From the NCBI GenBank assembly GCA_963734545.1, contig CAVTHO010000004.1:719974-783973 (forward strand): a stretch of 64,000 nucleotides of DNA, read 5' to 3'. Source of the stretch: an uncultured Spirochaetota bacterium. Lineage in GTDB: Bacteria > Spirochaetota > Spirochaetia > SZUA-6 > Fen-1364. Both the position numbers and the translations under genes were made by a program. This document shows positions 22,325 to 32,519 of this stretch, one piece after another. The notes beneath the pieces are model-generated. The model was not told the origin of the DNA. It was given only the letters and a program-made list of their open reading frames with translations, and searched no databases. Position 1 is the stretch's first letter. Each line of letters starts with the position of its first letter.

Positions 22325-23397
22325 GCGCTCTCCGATGTGAGGGCCGTCTCCTGCGCGTGCAGGCGGAGCGCGTCGATGAACTCCGTGATCTCCCCCTTCA
22401 TCACCGCGTCGAGCTTGTACAGGGTGAGATTGATGCGATGGTCCGTCACCCTGTTCTGCGGGAAATTGTACGTGCGGATCTTCTCCGCCCTGTCCCCGGA
22501 GCCGATCTGGCTCTTGCGGGCCTGCGCGCGCTCCGCGTGCTTGCGCTCCTCTTCCGCCTCGTAGAGGCGCGCGCGGAGGATCCGCAGCGCCTTGGCCTTG
22601 TTCTTGTGCTGGCTCTTCTCGTCCTGGCAGTGCACCACGATGCCCGAGGGAAGGTGGGTGATGCGCACCGCGGAGTCCGTGGTGTTGACGCTCTGCCCGC
22701 CGGGACCGCCCGAGCGCATCACGTCGATGCGGAGCTCGTTCTGGGTTGATCTCGATCTCCGTTTCTTCCATCTCGGGAAGCACGGCCACGGAGGCCGTCG
22801 AGGTGTGGATCCTGCCGCCCGCCTCGGTGACGGGCACGCGCTGGACCCTGTGCACGCCGCTTTCGTAGCGCAGACCGGGCGTAGACGCCCTTGCCGGTGA
22901 TGGAGGAAATGATCTCCTTGAAGCCCCCGATGCCGGTGGGGCTGGAGGACAGGATCTCTATCTTCCACTTCAGCGAGTCGACGTAATAGGTGTACATGCG
23001 GAAGAGGTCGGCGGCAAAAAGCGCCGCCTCGTCGCCCGCCCGTCCCTGCCCTGATCTCCATGATGACGTTCTTGTCGTCCAGGGGATCCTTCGGCACGAG
23101 GAGCGTCTTCAGCTTCTCCACGGAAGCGGCCTTGCGGCTTCTCAAGGGCCGCCAGTTCCTCCCGGGCCATCTCCTTGAGCTCGTTGTCTTCCGCGCCTTC
23201 CGCGAGGTCCCGGTTGGAGGCGATCTCCGACTCGATGGCGTTGTACCTGCCGAACTCCTCCACGAGGTCGCGTGAGGGACGCGTGCTCCTGGCGCAGCTC
23301 CCGGTAGCGGTTCTGGTCTCGTGATGACCTCGGGGTCCGAGATGAGCGCCTGCAGCTCCTCGTATCTTTTCCTGCTTCTCTCGAGCTTGTCGATCAC
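22321..23397 (-). CDS. prfA: Peptide chain release factor 1 (several frameshifts)
   Basis: [18 protein letters not shown] (RF1 PxT), [19 protein letters not shown] and [16 protein letters not shown] spread over three frames. Confidence 0.93.
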   Translation of the reverse strand: MIDKLERSRKRYEELQALISDPEVITRPEPLPGAAPGARVPHATSWRSSAGTTPSSRRSPPTGTSRKARKTTSSRRWPGRNWRPLRSRKAASVEKLKTLLVPKDPLDDKNVIMEIRAGTGGRRGGAFCRRPLPHVHLLRRLAEVEDRDPVLQPHRHRGLQGDHFLHHRQGRLRPVCATKAACTGSSACPSPRRAAGSTPRRPPWPCFPRWKKRRSRSTQNELRIDVMRSGGPGGQSVNTTDSAVRITHLPSGIVVHCQDEKSQHKNKAKALRILRARLYEAEEERKHAERAQARKSQIGSGDRAEKIRTYNFPQNRVTDHRINLTLYKLDAVMKGEITEFIDALRLHAQETALTSESA

Positions 23398-23412
23398 GTC
23401 TGTACTGTCCTT

Positions 23413-24747
23413 TCAGGCGCCCAGAATCTGCCTGATCTCCTCTGTCCGCGCCTGGGCGATCTCTCGATTGCGCGCCTCCAGCCGCAGGCGAAGGAGCGGC
23501 TCCGTGTTGCTCGGCCGCACGTTGAACCAGAAGTCGTCGAACTCGATGGAGACGCCGTCCAACCGGTCGATCCGGCCGCCGGCGAACCTGCTCTCTATGG
23601 CCTGCATGGCCTTCTGCTTGTCCGCCACCTCCACGTTGATCTCGGGAGACTGCGCGTAGCGGCCGCGCAGGGGCTCCACGAGCTCCGAGAGACGGCGGCC
23701 GCTCTCACCCAGCAGCCGCAGAACGACCGCAAGGGCGTAGGCGGCGGATTCCGTGTAGTAGGTATCGCTCACCTTGAAGTACACGTGCCCGGAGGTCTCC
23801 GCCCCGAACACGGCGTGCGTGGCGACCATCTGGTCGTAGAGGAACGTGTACCCGACCCGCGAGACGACCGGTTTTCCCCCCAGCTCGTGTATCCGCTCGG
23901 GAAGAACGCGTGACGAGATCAGGTCGTACACGATCGTCGCGCCCTTCTGGCGCGCAAGAAGCTCCTGGGAAACGAGACAGGAGAGAAAATAGTTCTCTAT
24001 GCCTCGTCCCTTTTCGTCCACGAAAAGGATCCGGTCTCCGTCACCGTCGAGGATCACGCCGAATGCCGCCCCGCGCCGGACCACCGCTTCCGCCGCCTGC
24101 TTCTTCGACTCTTCCTTCAGCGGGTTGGGGTCATGATGGGGGAAATTGCCGTCCGGCTCTTCGTTCAGGATCAGGGCGTCCACGCCCATGACCTCGATGA
24201 GCCGGCGGAATACCGGTCCCGACGATCCGTTGGAGATGTCGATCACGATCCCGCCGACGGGCTTCTTCGAGCTTCCCGCGCCGGCAATGAACTCCACGTA
24301 CTGCTCGAGCCCGTCGATTTCCATGAAAGCGCGCGAGGGGATGGAAGCCGGCGCGCTGATGCCCTGCACGAGAGCCTCCACGTCTTTCAGACCCTTGTCA
24401 TAGCTCAGCGACCCACCGGTGCCGTCGAAGACCTTGAACCCGTGGTATTCCTTCGGATTGTGGGACGCGGTCACCATGACGGCCGCCGCCATCCCTTCGT
24501 CCATCTGCGTGTAGTGAAGAAGGGGCGTGCTTGCCAGCCCGATCCCGGTCACCTTCGCGCCCTCATCGATGAGACCCGAAGCCACTGCCGCGTACAGCTC
24601 GGGGGAATGCAGACGCGCGTCGTGGCCGATGAGCCAGGTCTTTGCCTTCATATGTCGGACCAGGGCCCTGCCGAGCCTGTACGCGAACGCATCGTCTATG
24701 CCCTGGCCCCAGACGCCCCGTATATCATAGGTTTTGAATACGCTCAT
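23413..24747 (-). CDS. Phosphomannomutase/phosphoglucomutase
   Basis: FKTYDIRG, TASHNP, DGDGDR, GAETSGH and RPSNTEP motifs. Confidence 0.94.
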   Translation of the reverse strand: MSVFKTYDIRGVWGQGIDDAFAYRLGRALVRHMKAKTWLIGHDARLHSPELYAAVASGLIDEGAKVTGIGLASTPLLHYTQMDEGMAAAVMVTASHNPKEYHGFKVFDGTGGSLSYDKGLKDVEALVQGISAPASIPSRAFMEIDGLEQYVEFIAGAGSSKKPVGGIVIDISNGSSGPVFRRLIEVMGVDALILNEEPDGNFPHHDPNPLKEESKKQAAEAVVRRGAAFGVILDGDGDRILFVDEKGRGIENYFLSCLVSQELLARQKGATIVYDLISSRVLPERIHELGGKPVVSRVGYTFLYDQMVATHAVFGAETSGHVYFKVSDTYYTESAAYALAVVLRLLGESGRRLSELVEPLRGRYAQSPEINVEVADKQKAMQAIESRFAGGRIDRLDGVSIEFDDFWFNVRPSNTEPLLRLRLEARNREIAQARTEEIRQILGA

Positions 24748-24787
24748 ACTGATATGATAACATGGATGAAAACGAGGAGGGAAGGCC

Positions 24788-24844
24788 GTAGCCATGGATG
24801 CCGCCGGAGCGGCCGCATGGCGAGGGCGAGCGAGGCCAGTGACG
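24788..24844 (+). repeat. Intergenic REP-like element, homologous to 31570-31648
   Basis: GTAG followed by GCCATG..GCCGC-CGGA-GCGGC..CATGGC; 24817-24844 matches the reverse complement of 31613-31640 at 24/28. Confidence 0.6.
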
Positions 24845-24946
24845 CGCCGGCCACTCACAGCCACTGTTGACATCGCGTGAGCGTGCCTGTACCTTTGTTC
24901 CGGTCTTCTCGCCACGCCTAGACACATTTCCAAGCGGAAGGAAGAG

Positions 24947-26838
24947 ATGGGACCAACCCTCATCGGGCTGCTCCAGGAATCTGTCGTCAAGTTCGCATCA
25001 CTTGCAGCTCTCAAATCACCGGGCCCGAACGGGAGTTTCCAGACTGTCACGTTCGCGGAGCTGTACAATGCGGTCAAGGAGCTCGGCACCGGGCTGATCT
25101 CCATCGGGCTGCAGCCCCACATGCATGTCGCCATGCTCGCGGAGAACAACCCGCGCTGGCTCATTGCGGACCTCGCCATCCTGGGATGCGCGGCGGTCGA
25201 CGTGCCCGTGAGCACCCGGATGACCGACAGGGAGCTGGAGTACGTGATTGCCCACGCCGACTGCGATCTTGCCGTCGTGGAGGATGCCACCGCGCTGCAC
25301 CGCATCCTCGCGCTGCGCAGGCGTCTGCCCCGGCTGCGCAAGGTGATCGTGATAGACTTCGCGGGCTCCAAGCCCCAGGCAGGCACCGGGGAAGAGCGCG
25401 TGATGATCTACACGTGGGACGAGGTGCTGAAAAAGGGAAAGACGCGGATCGCGAGGGGCGAGCGCCAGTTCGAGCTTCGCGGCGCCAGCGTCACCCCCGC
25501 CGACACGGCCACGCTCCTGTACACCTCGGGCACCACCGGGCGGCCCAAGGGAGTGATGCTCTCCCACGGCAGCATCATGCACAACGTGACCAGCGTGCAC
25601 GCCAGCATCAGCCCCGAGTCGGGCACGACGTGGCTGTCGGTGCTGCCCGGTCTGGCATTCCTTCGAGCGCACGGTCGAGTACTGCAGCCTCTCCTTCGGA
25701 AGCACCATCGCCTACTCGCAGCCCTCGGATTGGAGGATCTTCGACGACCTGCGCGCGCTCCGGCCCAATTACCTCGTCATGGTGCCCGCGCTCCTGGAAA
25801 GCCTGGAGAAGAGCATCGTCAAGAAGTTGAATATCGTGGATGACCTTTTCATCAGGTTCGAGAAGTTCTACCAGGTCTTCTCCGGCTTCATCGTGGGCAG
25901 CTACCCCCGATTCCGCCGGGAGGAGCGGCTGCTGGAGATCCTGGCCGCCATCCCGCCCCTTCTCCTGCTCTCCCCGCTGAAGGCCGCGTCACCAGCTCGT
26001 GCTCCGGCGCAAGGTGCAGCGTCTGCTGGGGGGCAAGCTGCAGGCCATCATCTGCGGCGGCGGCCCGCTGCCGGCCTATCTGGACAGGTTTTTCAACGCC
26101 ATCGGCGTGAATATCCTGGAGGGCTACGGCCTCACGGAAGCCTCTCCCATCGTGAGCATGCGCGCCGAAAAGTCGCCCGTGCTCGGGACGGTGGGCAGGC
26201 CGCTTCCGTCCACCGAGATCAGGATCCTGGGAGAGGCCGGCGATATTCTCCCGCCCGGGCGCAAGGGAATCGTCCACATCAAGGGTCCCCAGATCATGCT
26301 GGGCTACTACAAGGACCCCGCGGCCACGCGCCAGATGCTTTCCCCGGACGGCTGGCTGAACACCGGTGACACGGGCATCCTCACCGTGGACGGCAATCTC
26401 GTCATCACCGGCCGGATGAAGCACACAATCGTCATGAGCTCGGGAGAGCGGGTGGAGCCCGAGCCCATCGAAATGGTGATCCAGGAGTCACCGTACGTCC
26501 AGGCCGCGGTCGTCGTGGGAGACAGCCGTGATTCCCTGGGACTGCTCATCGTGCCCAACATGGATTCGCTTCGGAGCCTGGCGGAATCGCGCAAGATCCC
26601 GTGGACGGATCCGAAAGACCTGGTGGGAAACCCCGCCGTGTACCGGTTCTACCAGGAGGAAGTGCAGAACCGGCTGGTGAACAACGGAATCTATTTCCCC
26701 GGTGGCAAGGCGGCAAAGATCGCGCTGCTGCCGTCTGATTTCGAGATCGGGCGGGAGCTCACCCGGACCCTCAGCAAGCGGCGCGAGGTGATCGTGGAGC
26801 TGTACGGCGGCGTCATCGAGCGGCTTTATCGCTCCTGA
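24947..26838 (+). CDS. Long-chain fatty acid-CoA ligase (frameshifts near 25650 and 25990)
   Basis: YTSGTTGRPKGVMLSH, GYGLTEASP, GWLNTGD and GRMKH...GERVEP in ORFs 24947..25843, 25779.. and 25999..26838. Confidence 0.9.
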
Positions 26839-28790
26839 GTCCTTCGATTCCTTCCCGCAGCGCGCCGATCCGCGAATCGACTTCTTCCCAGCGCGTCATT
26901 GACCGCGCGTGCCGGTCGTGGTTCTCCTCGTGCAGTTTTCGAAGCTCCCTCATGCGCCCGCCGTTTGCATAGGCCTCGGGCAGGGCCATCGACTCCTCGA
27001 TCCCGCGCCGGGCCGCCTCCAGCTCCTCGAGCTGCTGGATGAGGATTCCCTCCTCCCGTTCCAGGGCGCGCAGCTCGCTCTTGAGCCTCTTTTCCTCCTG
27101 CCGCTCCATCTGCGTCGCGGTCGCGGTCTTTGTCTCCACGGCGCCGGAGACGGGAGCAGCGCCCGCCTGCGCGTCGGCTTCCTGCGCCGCGCGCCTCAGG
27201 TAGTAATCGTAGTCCCCCGGGAGGTAGCGCGCGCCTCCGCCCTTCACTTCCAGCACGGCGGTGGCAAGGTGGGAAATGAAGTGCCTGTCATGGGACACGA
27301 AGATCACGGTCCCGGGGAAATCCCGCAGCGCGCCGAGCAGGACGTCCTTGGAGGCGAGGTCCAGGTGGTTTGTCGGCTCGTCGAGGATCAGGAGGTTGGC
27401 CGGTTTCAGAAGGAGCATGAGAAGGGCGAGCCTGCTCTTCTCTCCGCCGCTCAGCACGGAGACGCTCTTGAAGACATCATCCCCCCGGAAGAGAAACGCG
27501 CCCAGCAGGGTGCGCAGCTCGGGAATGAGCGGGGTCGGGGCGCCCTCCTCCATCTCCTCGATGACCTGGCGGGTGCTCGTCCATGAGTCGGCATTTTCCT
27601 GTGAGTAGAATGCCGGCACGACGCCGGTGCCCCACTTCAGCGCGCCCGTGTCGGCCTGCTCGCGGCCCGAGATGAGCCGGAGCAGGGTGGACTTGCCGGC
27701 GCCGTTGACCCCGACGACCACCAGCTTGTCCCCCCGGGAGATCTCCACGTTGACACCGTCGAATACGAGTTTGTCGCCATAGCGTTTTGAGAGACCCTCC
27801 GCGGAGAGCACGAGCCTTCCCGAGGGCGGGGGAGACGGAAAGGAGAAGTGGATGGCCTTCACCACCGGCGGGACCTCGATGCGGACGAGCTTCTCGAGCG
27901 CCGTTATCCTGCTCTGCACGAGACGCGCCTTGGAGGCATTGTAGCGGAACCGGCGGATGAACGCCTCGACGTGGGCAATCTCCTCCTGCTGGGCGCGCCA
28001 GCGCTCCATGATCGCCTCGAGCTCCTTCGAGCGGACCTCCTCGTAGTGCGTGTAGTTCCCGGAGAAGACCGACACGCGCGCCATGTAGATCTCCGCGACG
28101 GAGTTCACCGACCACGTCCAGGAAATAACGGTCGTGAGAGACGAGAAGCATTCCGCCGCGGTAGTCTGCGAGGAACTCCTCCATCCAGGTGCGGGCCTCT
28201 ATGTCGAGGTAGTTGGTGGGCTCGTCCAGGAGCAGGATGTCGGGAGCTTCCAGGATGGCGCGCGCCAGGGCGATCCTCATCTGCCAGCCCGCGGAGAACG
28301 AGGGACAGGGGGCATCGAAGTCCTCCGGAGAGAACCCCAGCCCCCGCAGCACCCGGTGGATCGCCTCCGCGCGCGCGTAGTAGCCGCTGGCCTCCAGCCG
28401 CTGCTGCAGCTCGTGATGCTTCCACAGCAGCGCATTCCCCTCGGCAGACTCGGAGGAGAGCGCCCCCAGGCGCTGCTCCAGCGCGGCGATCTCCTCCAGG
28501 AGCATTTTCCCGCGGGAGAAGGCCTTCTCCGCCTCCTCGCGGAGCGTACAGTCCGTGTGCACCACTCCGGACTGGGGCACGTAGGATACCCGCGTATCCT
28601 TCTCCGCCACCACGGTGCCCATGTCCGGGACCGAGAGACCGGCCATGATGCGCATGAGCGTCGTCTTGCCGCTGCCGTTGGGGCCCACGAGGGCCGCGCG
28701 TGATCCGGTGGAAATCGTGAGATTCACGGAGTCCAGAAGTTTCCTGTCTCCGAAAGAGACGGAGACACCAGAGAGGCTGACGAGGGGCAT
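26813..28790 (-). CDS. ABC-F family ATP-binding protein (frameshift near 28105)
   Basis: Two NBDs (GPNGSGKT, LLLDEPTNYLD; GVNGAGKS, LSGGE, DEPTNHLD), no TM, C-terminal coiled coil. Confidence 0.92.
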
Positions 28791-28799
28791 CGGGTCCTT

Positions 28800-30131
28800 C
28801 TACGGCGACTGGGTGAAGAACATCACGACGGGTGAAATCCCCATGCGGCTGACCACGAGGCCTTGAATCCCGCCCTTTGCGACAGGCGTGAGCCGGAGCC
28901 CGCCTCCCGCCGCCTTGTACAGGAAGGCGACCCCTGACGCGACCGGATCCCTGGGCGCGGCTCCCCCGCTTCCCGCCGTGTCGAAAAGGAAAGAAATGAC
29001 CCCGTCATAGTCCGCGCCCAGCTCCTTCGAGAGATGCAACGGAAAATCTATGGCCCCTTTCCCTTTCGCGTTCGGGTCGATCAGGGAGGGGACGAGCCGG
29101 CCGAAGCCGTCCCAGCTGAAGCGCATGCCTTCCTGGAGCCTGATTGTCCCATAGGCGCTGCTGGCAAGCGTGGCCCCCTTTTTCATCAGCGCGCTGAACA
29201 GGTCGGCTCGGCGGTTCTGCTCCGCCGCAATCACCTCCGCCACGTCGTCCTTCATGACGGCGTACAGCCCGGTCACAGGCTGGTCCTTGTAGCGATAGGA
29301 AACGTTGATCCGCTCCTCGTCCAGCACGGTGATGCGCAGGTCGGTTCCCGAGAATGTGTACGTGGTCGGCCCGAGCTTCTGCACGTCGGTGTAGCGGAAC
29401 TCGAAAGTGGAGAGCGGCAGGACCAGCTTCATGACCTTTTCCACCGGATCGGGAAACAGCCCCACGTCCTCGCGGAACAGGGTGAGATCGATGGCTCCCT
29501 TTGCCAGCATCTCGCGAAACCAGTCCGGCCTCCACGTGGTCCCCATGATCCTGTCCAGCGTTTCGTCCTGGCTGAGAATCCGCCTGGCCTCCGCGGTGGG
29601 GTCCCCCGGCACGGAAAACACTTTCAGGAAGTGCCCGAAGCACCACCCGCTGAACCCGTCCTCCGTCGCCACCTCGTACCAGTAGTCCGTATACGGCTTG
29701 ATCGTCACCTTCTCCGCCGACCGGCTCACCACCTTGACGAGCTGCTGCCCGCGCAGCTTGTAGACCACCTTGCCGTCCTGCGTCGAGGTCTCGCGGATCG
29801 GCAGCGGCGGCGGGTCCTGTTTCATGACGACCGCCCAGCTGGTAAGGTTGTCGGCATAGGTGCGGGCGAACGCTTCCGCGTCTGCCTTTTTCTTGAAGAG
29901 ACGGACCCGGCCCATCGGGTATTCGCGCGGGCTCTGTTCCCCCGGCACTCTCACCAGGTAGGCGGAATCGATGGGCGCTTCCCGGACGACGGGGACGACC
30001 GCGCCCGTCTGCGGTGAACCGTTCGGGTCGCCCCAGAGGACGACGCCGTACCCGACTGCCCGGGCGCCGCAGCCGGCAAGGAGAGAGGCGGCCAGGACGA
30101 GAAGTGCGCCGGCCAGCGTTCTGTGCAGCAT
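28800..30131 (-). CDS. Spirochaete-type SH3-domain lipoprotein
   Basis: Lipobox LLAGC; bacterial SH3 motif WYEVATEDGFSGWCFG. Confidence 0.8.
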   Translation of the reverse strand: MLHRTLAGALLVLAASLLAGCGARAVGYGVVLWGDPNGSPQTGAVVPVVREAPIDSAYLVRVPGEQSPREYPMGRVRLFKKKADAEAFARTYADNLTSWAVVMKQDPPPLPIRETSTQDGKVVYKLRGQQLVKVVSRSAEKVTIKPYTDYWYEVATEDGFSGWCFGHFLKVFSVPGDPTAEARRILSQDETLDRIMGTTWRPDWFREMLAKGAIDLTLFREDVGLFPDPVEKVMKLVLPLSTFEFRYTDVQKLGPTTYTFSGTDLRITVLDEERINVSYRYKDQPVTGLYAVMKDDVAEVIAAEQNRRADLFSALMKKGATLASSAYGTIRLQEGMRFSWDGFGRLVPSLIDPNAKGKGAIDFPLHLSKELGADYDGVISFLFDTAGSGGAAPRDPVASGVAFLYKAAGGGLRLTPVAKGGIQGLVVSRMGISPVVMFFTQSP

Positions 30132-30269
30132 GACGGATATACTGGGACCGCGGGAGCTTTTTTTCAAGTCCCGGCGGAGAGAATCAGCCCGCCTGTGACC
30201 GATGTCCGGCACGAGAACCGCCGTCTCGCACTTGCCGCCCGCAAAAAAAAGCCGTATACACCACACACG

Positions 30270-30332
30270 CACACGGGGTACCGTGCGACAATCACGCGGA
30301 GTACCGTGTGACAATCACGCGGGGTACCGCGG
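30270..30332. repeat. Three tandem 23-bp hairpin units (CGG-RGTA-CCG core)
   Basis: GTA loops at 30278, 30301 and 30324; unit AATCACGCGGRGTACCGYG; directly upstream of the M20 gene RBS. Confidence 0.8.
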
Positions 30333-30346
30333 GGGGGAGGAACGCG

Positions 30347-31573
30347 ATGAATGCCCAGGAGACGCTGCGGAAGAGAATTGCGGAGAAGCGGGGCGAGATC
30401 ATCGAGCTGCAGAGGGCCCTCACCGCGGTGCCGGCACTGGGACCTCAAAACGGAGGAGCCGGCGAATGGGACAAGGCCCAGGTGCTCGTTTCATGGCTCG
30501 GCAAGCTCGGGCTGGGTCCCTGCGAGCTCCACCCGTCCCCTGATCCCCGGGTGCCGAAGGGGGAGCGGCCCAACCTCATCGTCACCATTCCCGGACGGGC
30601 ATCGGACGGCACGTTCTGGATCATGTCCCACCTCGACATCGTGCCGCCGGGTGAGCCGAGTCTGTGGGAGTCCGACCCCTATACGCTCGTCGTGGACGGT
30701 GACAGGCTGATCGGCAGAGGCGTGGAGGACAACCAGCAGGGTCTCGTGGCCTCGGTCTTCGCCGCCGTATGCGTCCAGGAGCTGGGTCTCACTCCTGCGC
30801 GCACCGTCAAGCTGCTTTTTGTCGCCGACGAGGAAACAGGATCCCAGCTCGGTGTGCAATACCTGGCGGCCAAGCCGGGATTCTTCCGGACGCAGGACAG
30901 GGCGCTCGTTCCGGACGGGGGCTCCCCGGACGGTTCCCGCATCGAGATAGCGGAGAAAAGCATCCTCTGGCTGCGCTTCAAGGTCCGCGGGCGGCAGTGT
31001 CATGCGTCGACCCCGCAGAAAGGGATCAACGCTTTCGAAGCGGGATCGCACCTGGTCGTGCGCCTGGGCGCGCTGGCGGATCTCTTCCCGGCCACGGACA
31101 CGCTCTTCGAGCCGCCCGTCTCCACTTTCACTCCCACCAAGAAGGAAGCCAACGTGCCCAACATCAACACTCTTCCCGGTGAGGACGTGTTTCATCTCGA
31201 CTGCCGTGTGCTTCCCCGGGAGAATCTCGACGAGGTCATGCGGGCGGTGCGGGAGATCACGGGAGGAATCGAGAGGGACTTCGGCGTCACCGTGGAGATA
31301 CAGGAAATCCAGAAAGAGTCCTCTCCTCCCACGCCGGCGGATGCGCCCCTGGTCGCGTCCCTGAAGCGGGCCATCAACTCCGTCTACGGAGTGGAGGGAG
31401 TCACGGTGGGCATCGGAGGCGGGACGGTAGGCGCGTTCCTCCGCAAGAAGGGCATTCCCACGGTCGTATGGAGCAGGCTCGAGGAGGCGGCCCACCAGCC
31501 CAACGAGCATTGCCTGCTCAGCAACCTGATGGGAGACGCGCTCGTGATGGGGATGATGATGCTGTCCGAGTAG
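30347..31573 (+). CDS. M20 family metallo-hydrolase (DapE/ArgE-like)
   Basis: SHLDIVP, GRGVEDNQQG, ADEETGS, HAS and AHQPNE motifs. Confidence 0.92.
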   Translation: MNAQETLRKRIAEKRGEIIELQRALTAVPALGPQNGGAGEWDKAQVLVSWLGKLGLGPCELHPSPDPRVPKGERPNLIVTIPGRASDGTFWIMSHLDIVPPGEPSLWESDPYTLVVDGDRLIGRGVEDNQQGLVASVFAAVCVQELGLTPARTVKLLFVADEETGSQLGVQYLAAKPGFFRTQDRALVPDGGSPDGSRIEIAEKSILWLRFKVRGRQCHASTPQKGINAFEAGSHLVVRLGALADLFPATDTLFEPPVSTFTPTKKEANVPNINTLPGEDVFHLDCRVLPRENLDEVMRAVREITGGIERDFGVTVEIQEIQKESSPPTPADAPLVASLKRAINSVYGVEGVTVGIGGGTVGAFLRKKGIPTVVWSRLEEAAHQPNEHCLLSNLMGDALVMGMMMLSE

Positions 31574-31648
31574 GGGCTGCGGGAGCCCGCGGACTACGGG
31601 CTCGCTCCCGTCCATCCCTGGACTCGCTCGCCCTCGGCATCCCTGCCT
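31570..31648. repeat. REP-like multi-hairpin element filling the gap between convergent stop codons
   Basis: GTAG...CTAC-bounded imperfect palindrome plus minus-strand GGC-AGGGAT-GCC and GTCC-AGGGAT-GGAC hairpins. Confidence 0.7.
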
Positions 31649-32519
31649 ATGGCAGGCTGTTGTAGACGATGACGATCCTTCCCTGCTGGAGCAGGGAGAT
31701 ATTCTCCGGCAGCGCGAGAAGCTGCCGGGCCCCTTCCGTCGAAATCACGATGTCCGTGGCTTTGTCACCGAACACCGCGCGCGCCGCCAGGCGCAGCGGC
31801 AGCACGCCGGCGCGCAGCGGAACGACCGTGTCGTCCAGTCCCTGCGCATAGCCGACCATGCCCCACCGTGACAGCGCCTGCGGGCTGCACATCTCCTTGT
31901 CCAGCAGGAGGTTCATCTGCTCGTCCCAGAGGCGCGGGAAAAGCGCGGGCCGGGCAGCGGTCCTGTGGGTCGTGCCGGATTCGGGCAGGCTCCCGCTGGC
32001 CGAGATGAGAAGCCCGGTGAACTTCCTCGTGGTCACGTAGCCGAGCCTGCGCCGGATCGGGGTCTCCCGGGAGGGATACAGCGGAGAGGCGATCCCCTGT
32101 GCGCCGAAGAGGGAGAGCGAATAGTGCACGGTGAGCGAGGCGAAGTCCGGCGTGAGATACACCTCGTCCTTGAGCCCTCCACGGGCGAGCTGGCTCACCC
32201 GCGCAAAGAGCCCGGGGTCCGCGCCGAGCAGGTCTCCGAAAGTGTGGGATGAGTCCACGGTCACATTCGCGATGGCCCGGATCAGGAAATCCGCCAGCCT
32301 CGACTGTATCTCCGTTTCCGCGTCCCCTTTGGCGCGCACCATCGACTGCGTGGCCGGATTGAGCGCGTGCGTGATCTCGACGGCGACCGTCCCCCCCGCC
32401 CAGTCCACCCTGCCGGCAACGGCATACCCCGGCTCGGAGACTATCGAGTCGCCGTCCGCGGCAAAGCCGGGACACGCGGCGCACAGGCAGAGGGCGAGGA
32501 AAAGGAGGACGTTCTTCAT
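31647..32519 (-). CDS. Exported hypothetical protein in the mltD operon
   Basis: Signal peptide MKNVLLFLALCLCAA; FTGLLISA and PALFPRLWDE blocks; ATGA overlap with mltD. Confidence 0.75.
   Translation of the reverse strand: MKNVLLFLALCLCAACPGFAADGDSIVSEPGYAVAGRVDWAGGTVAVEITHALNPATQSMVRAKGDAETEIQSRLADFLIRAIANVTVDSSHTFGDLLGADPGLFARVSQLARGGLKDEVYLTPDFASLTVHYSLSLFGAQGIASPLYPSRETPIRRRLGYVTTRKFTGLLISASGSLPESGTTHRTAARPALFPRLWDEQMNLLLDKEMCSPQALSRWGMVGYAQGLDDTVVPLRAGVLPLRLAARAVFGDKATDIVISTEGARQLLALPENISLLQQGRIVIVYNSLP

Noticed and set aside
22321-23397. Programmed frameshift in a release factor gene
   Set aside because: The gene is RF1 (PVT motif), not prfB. There are several shifts and no CTT-TGA slippery site, consistent with sequencing indels.
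23413-25386. 657-aa extended phosphomannomutase
   Set aside because: The extension is antisense to the acyl-CoA ligase; the conserved start MSVFKTYDIRG is at 24747.
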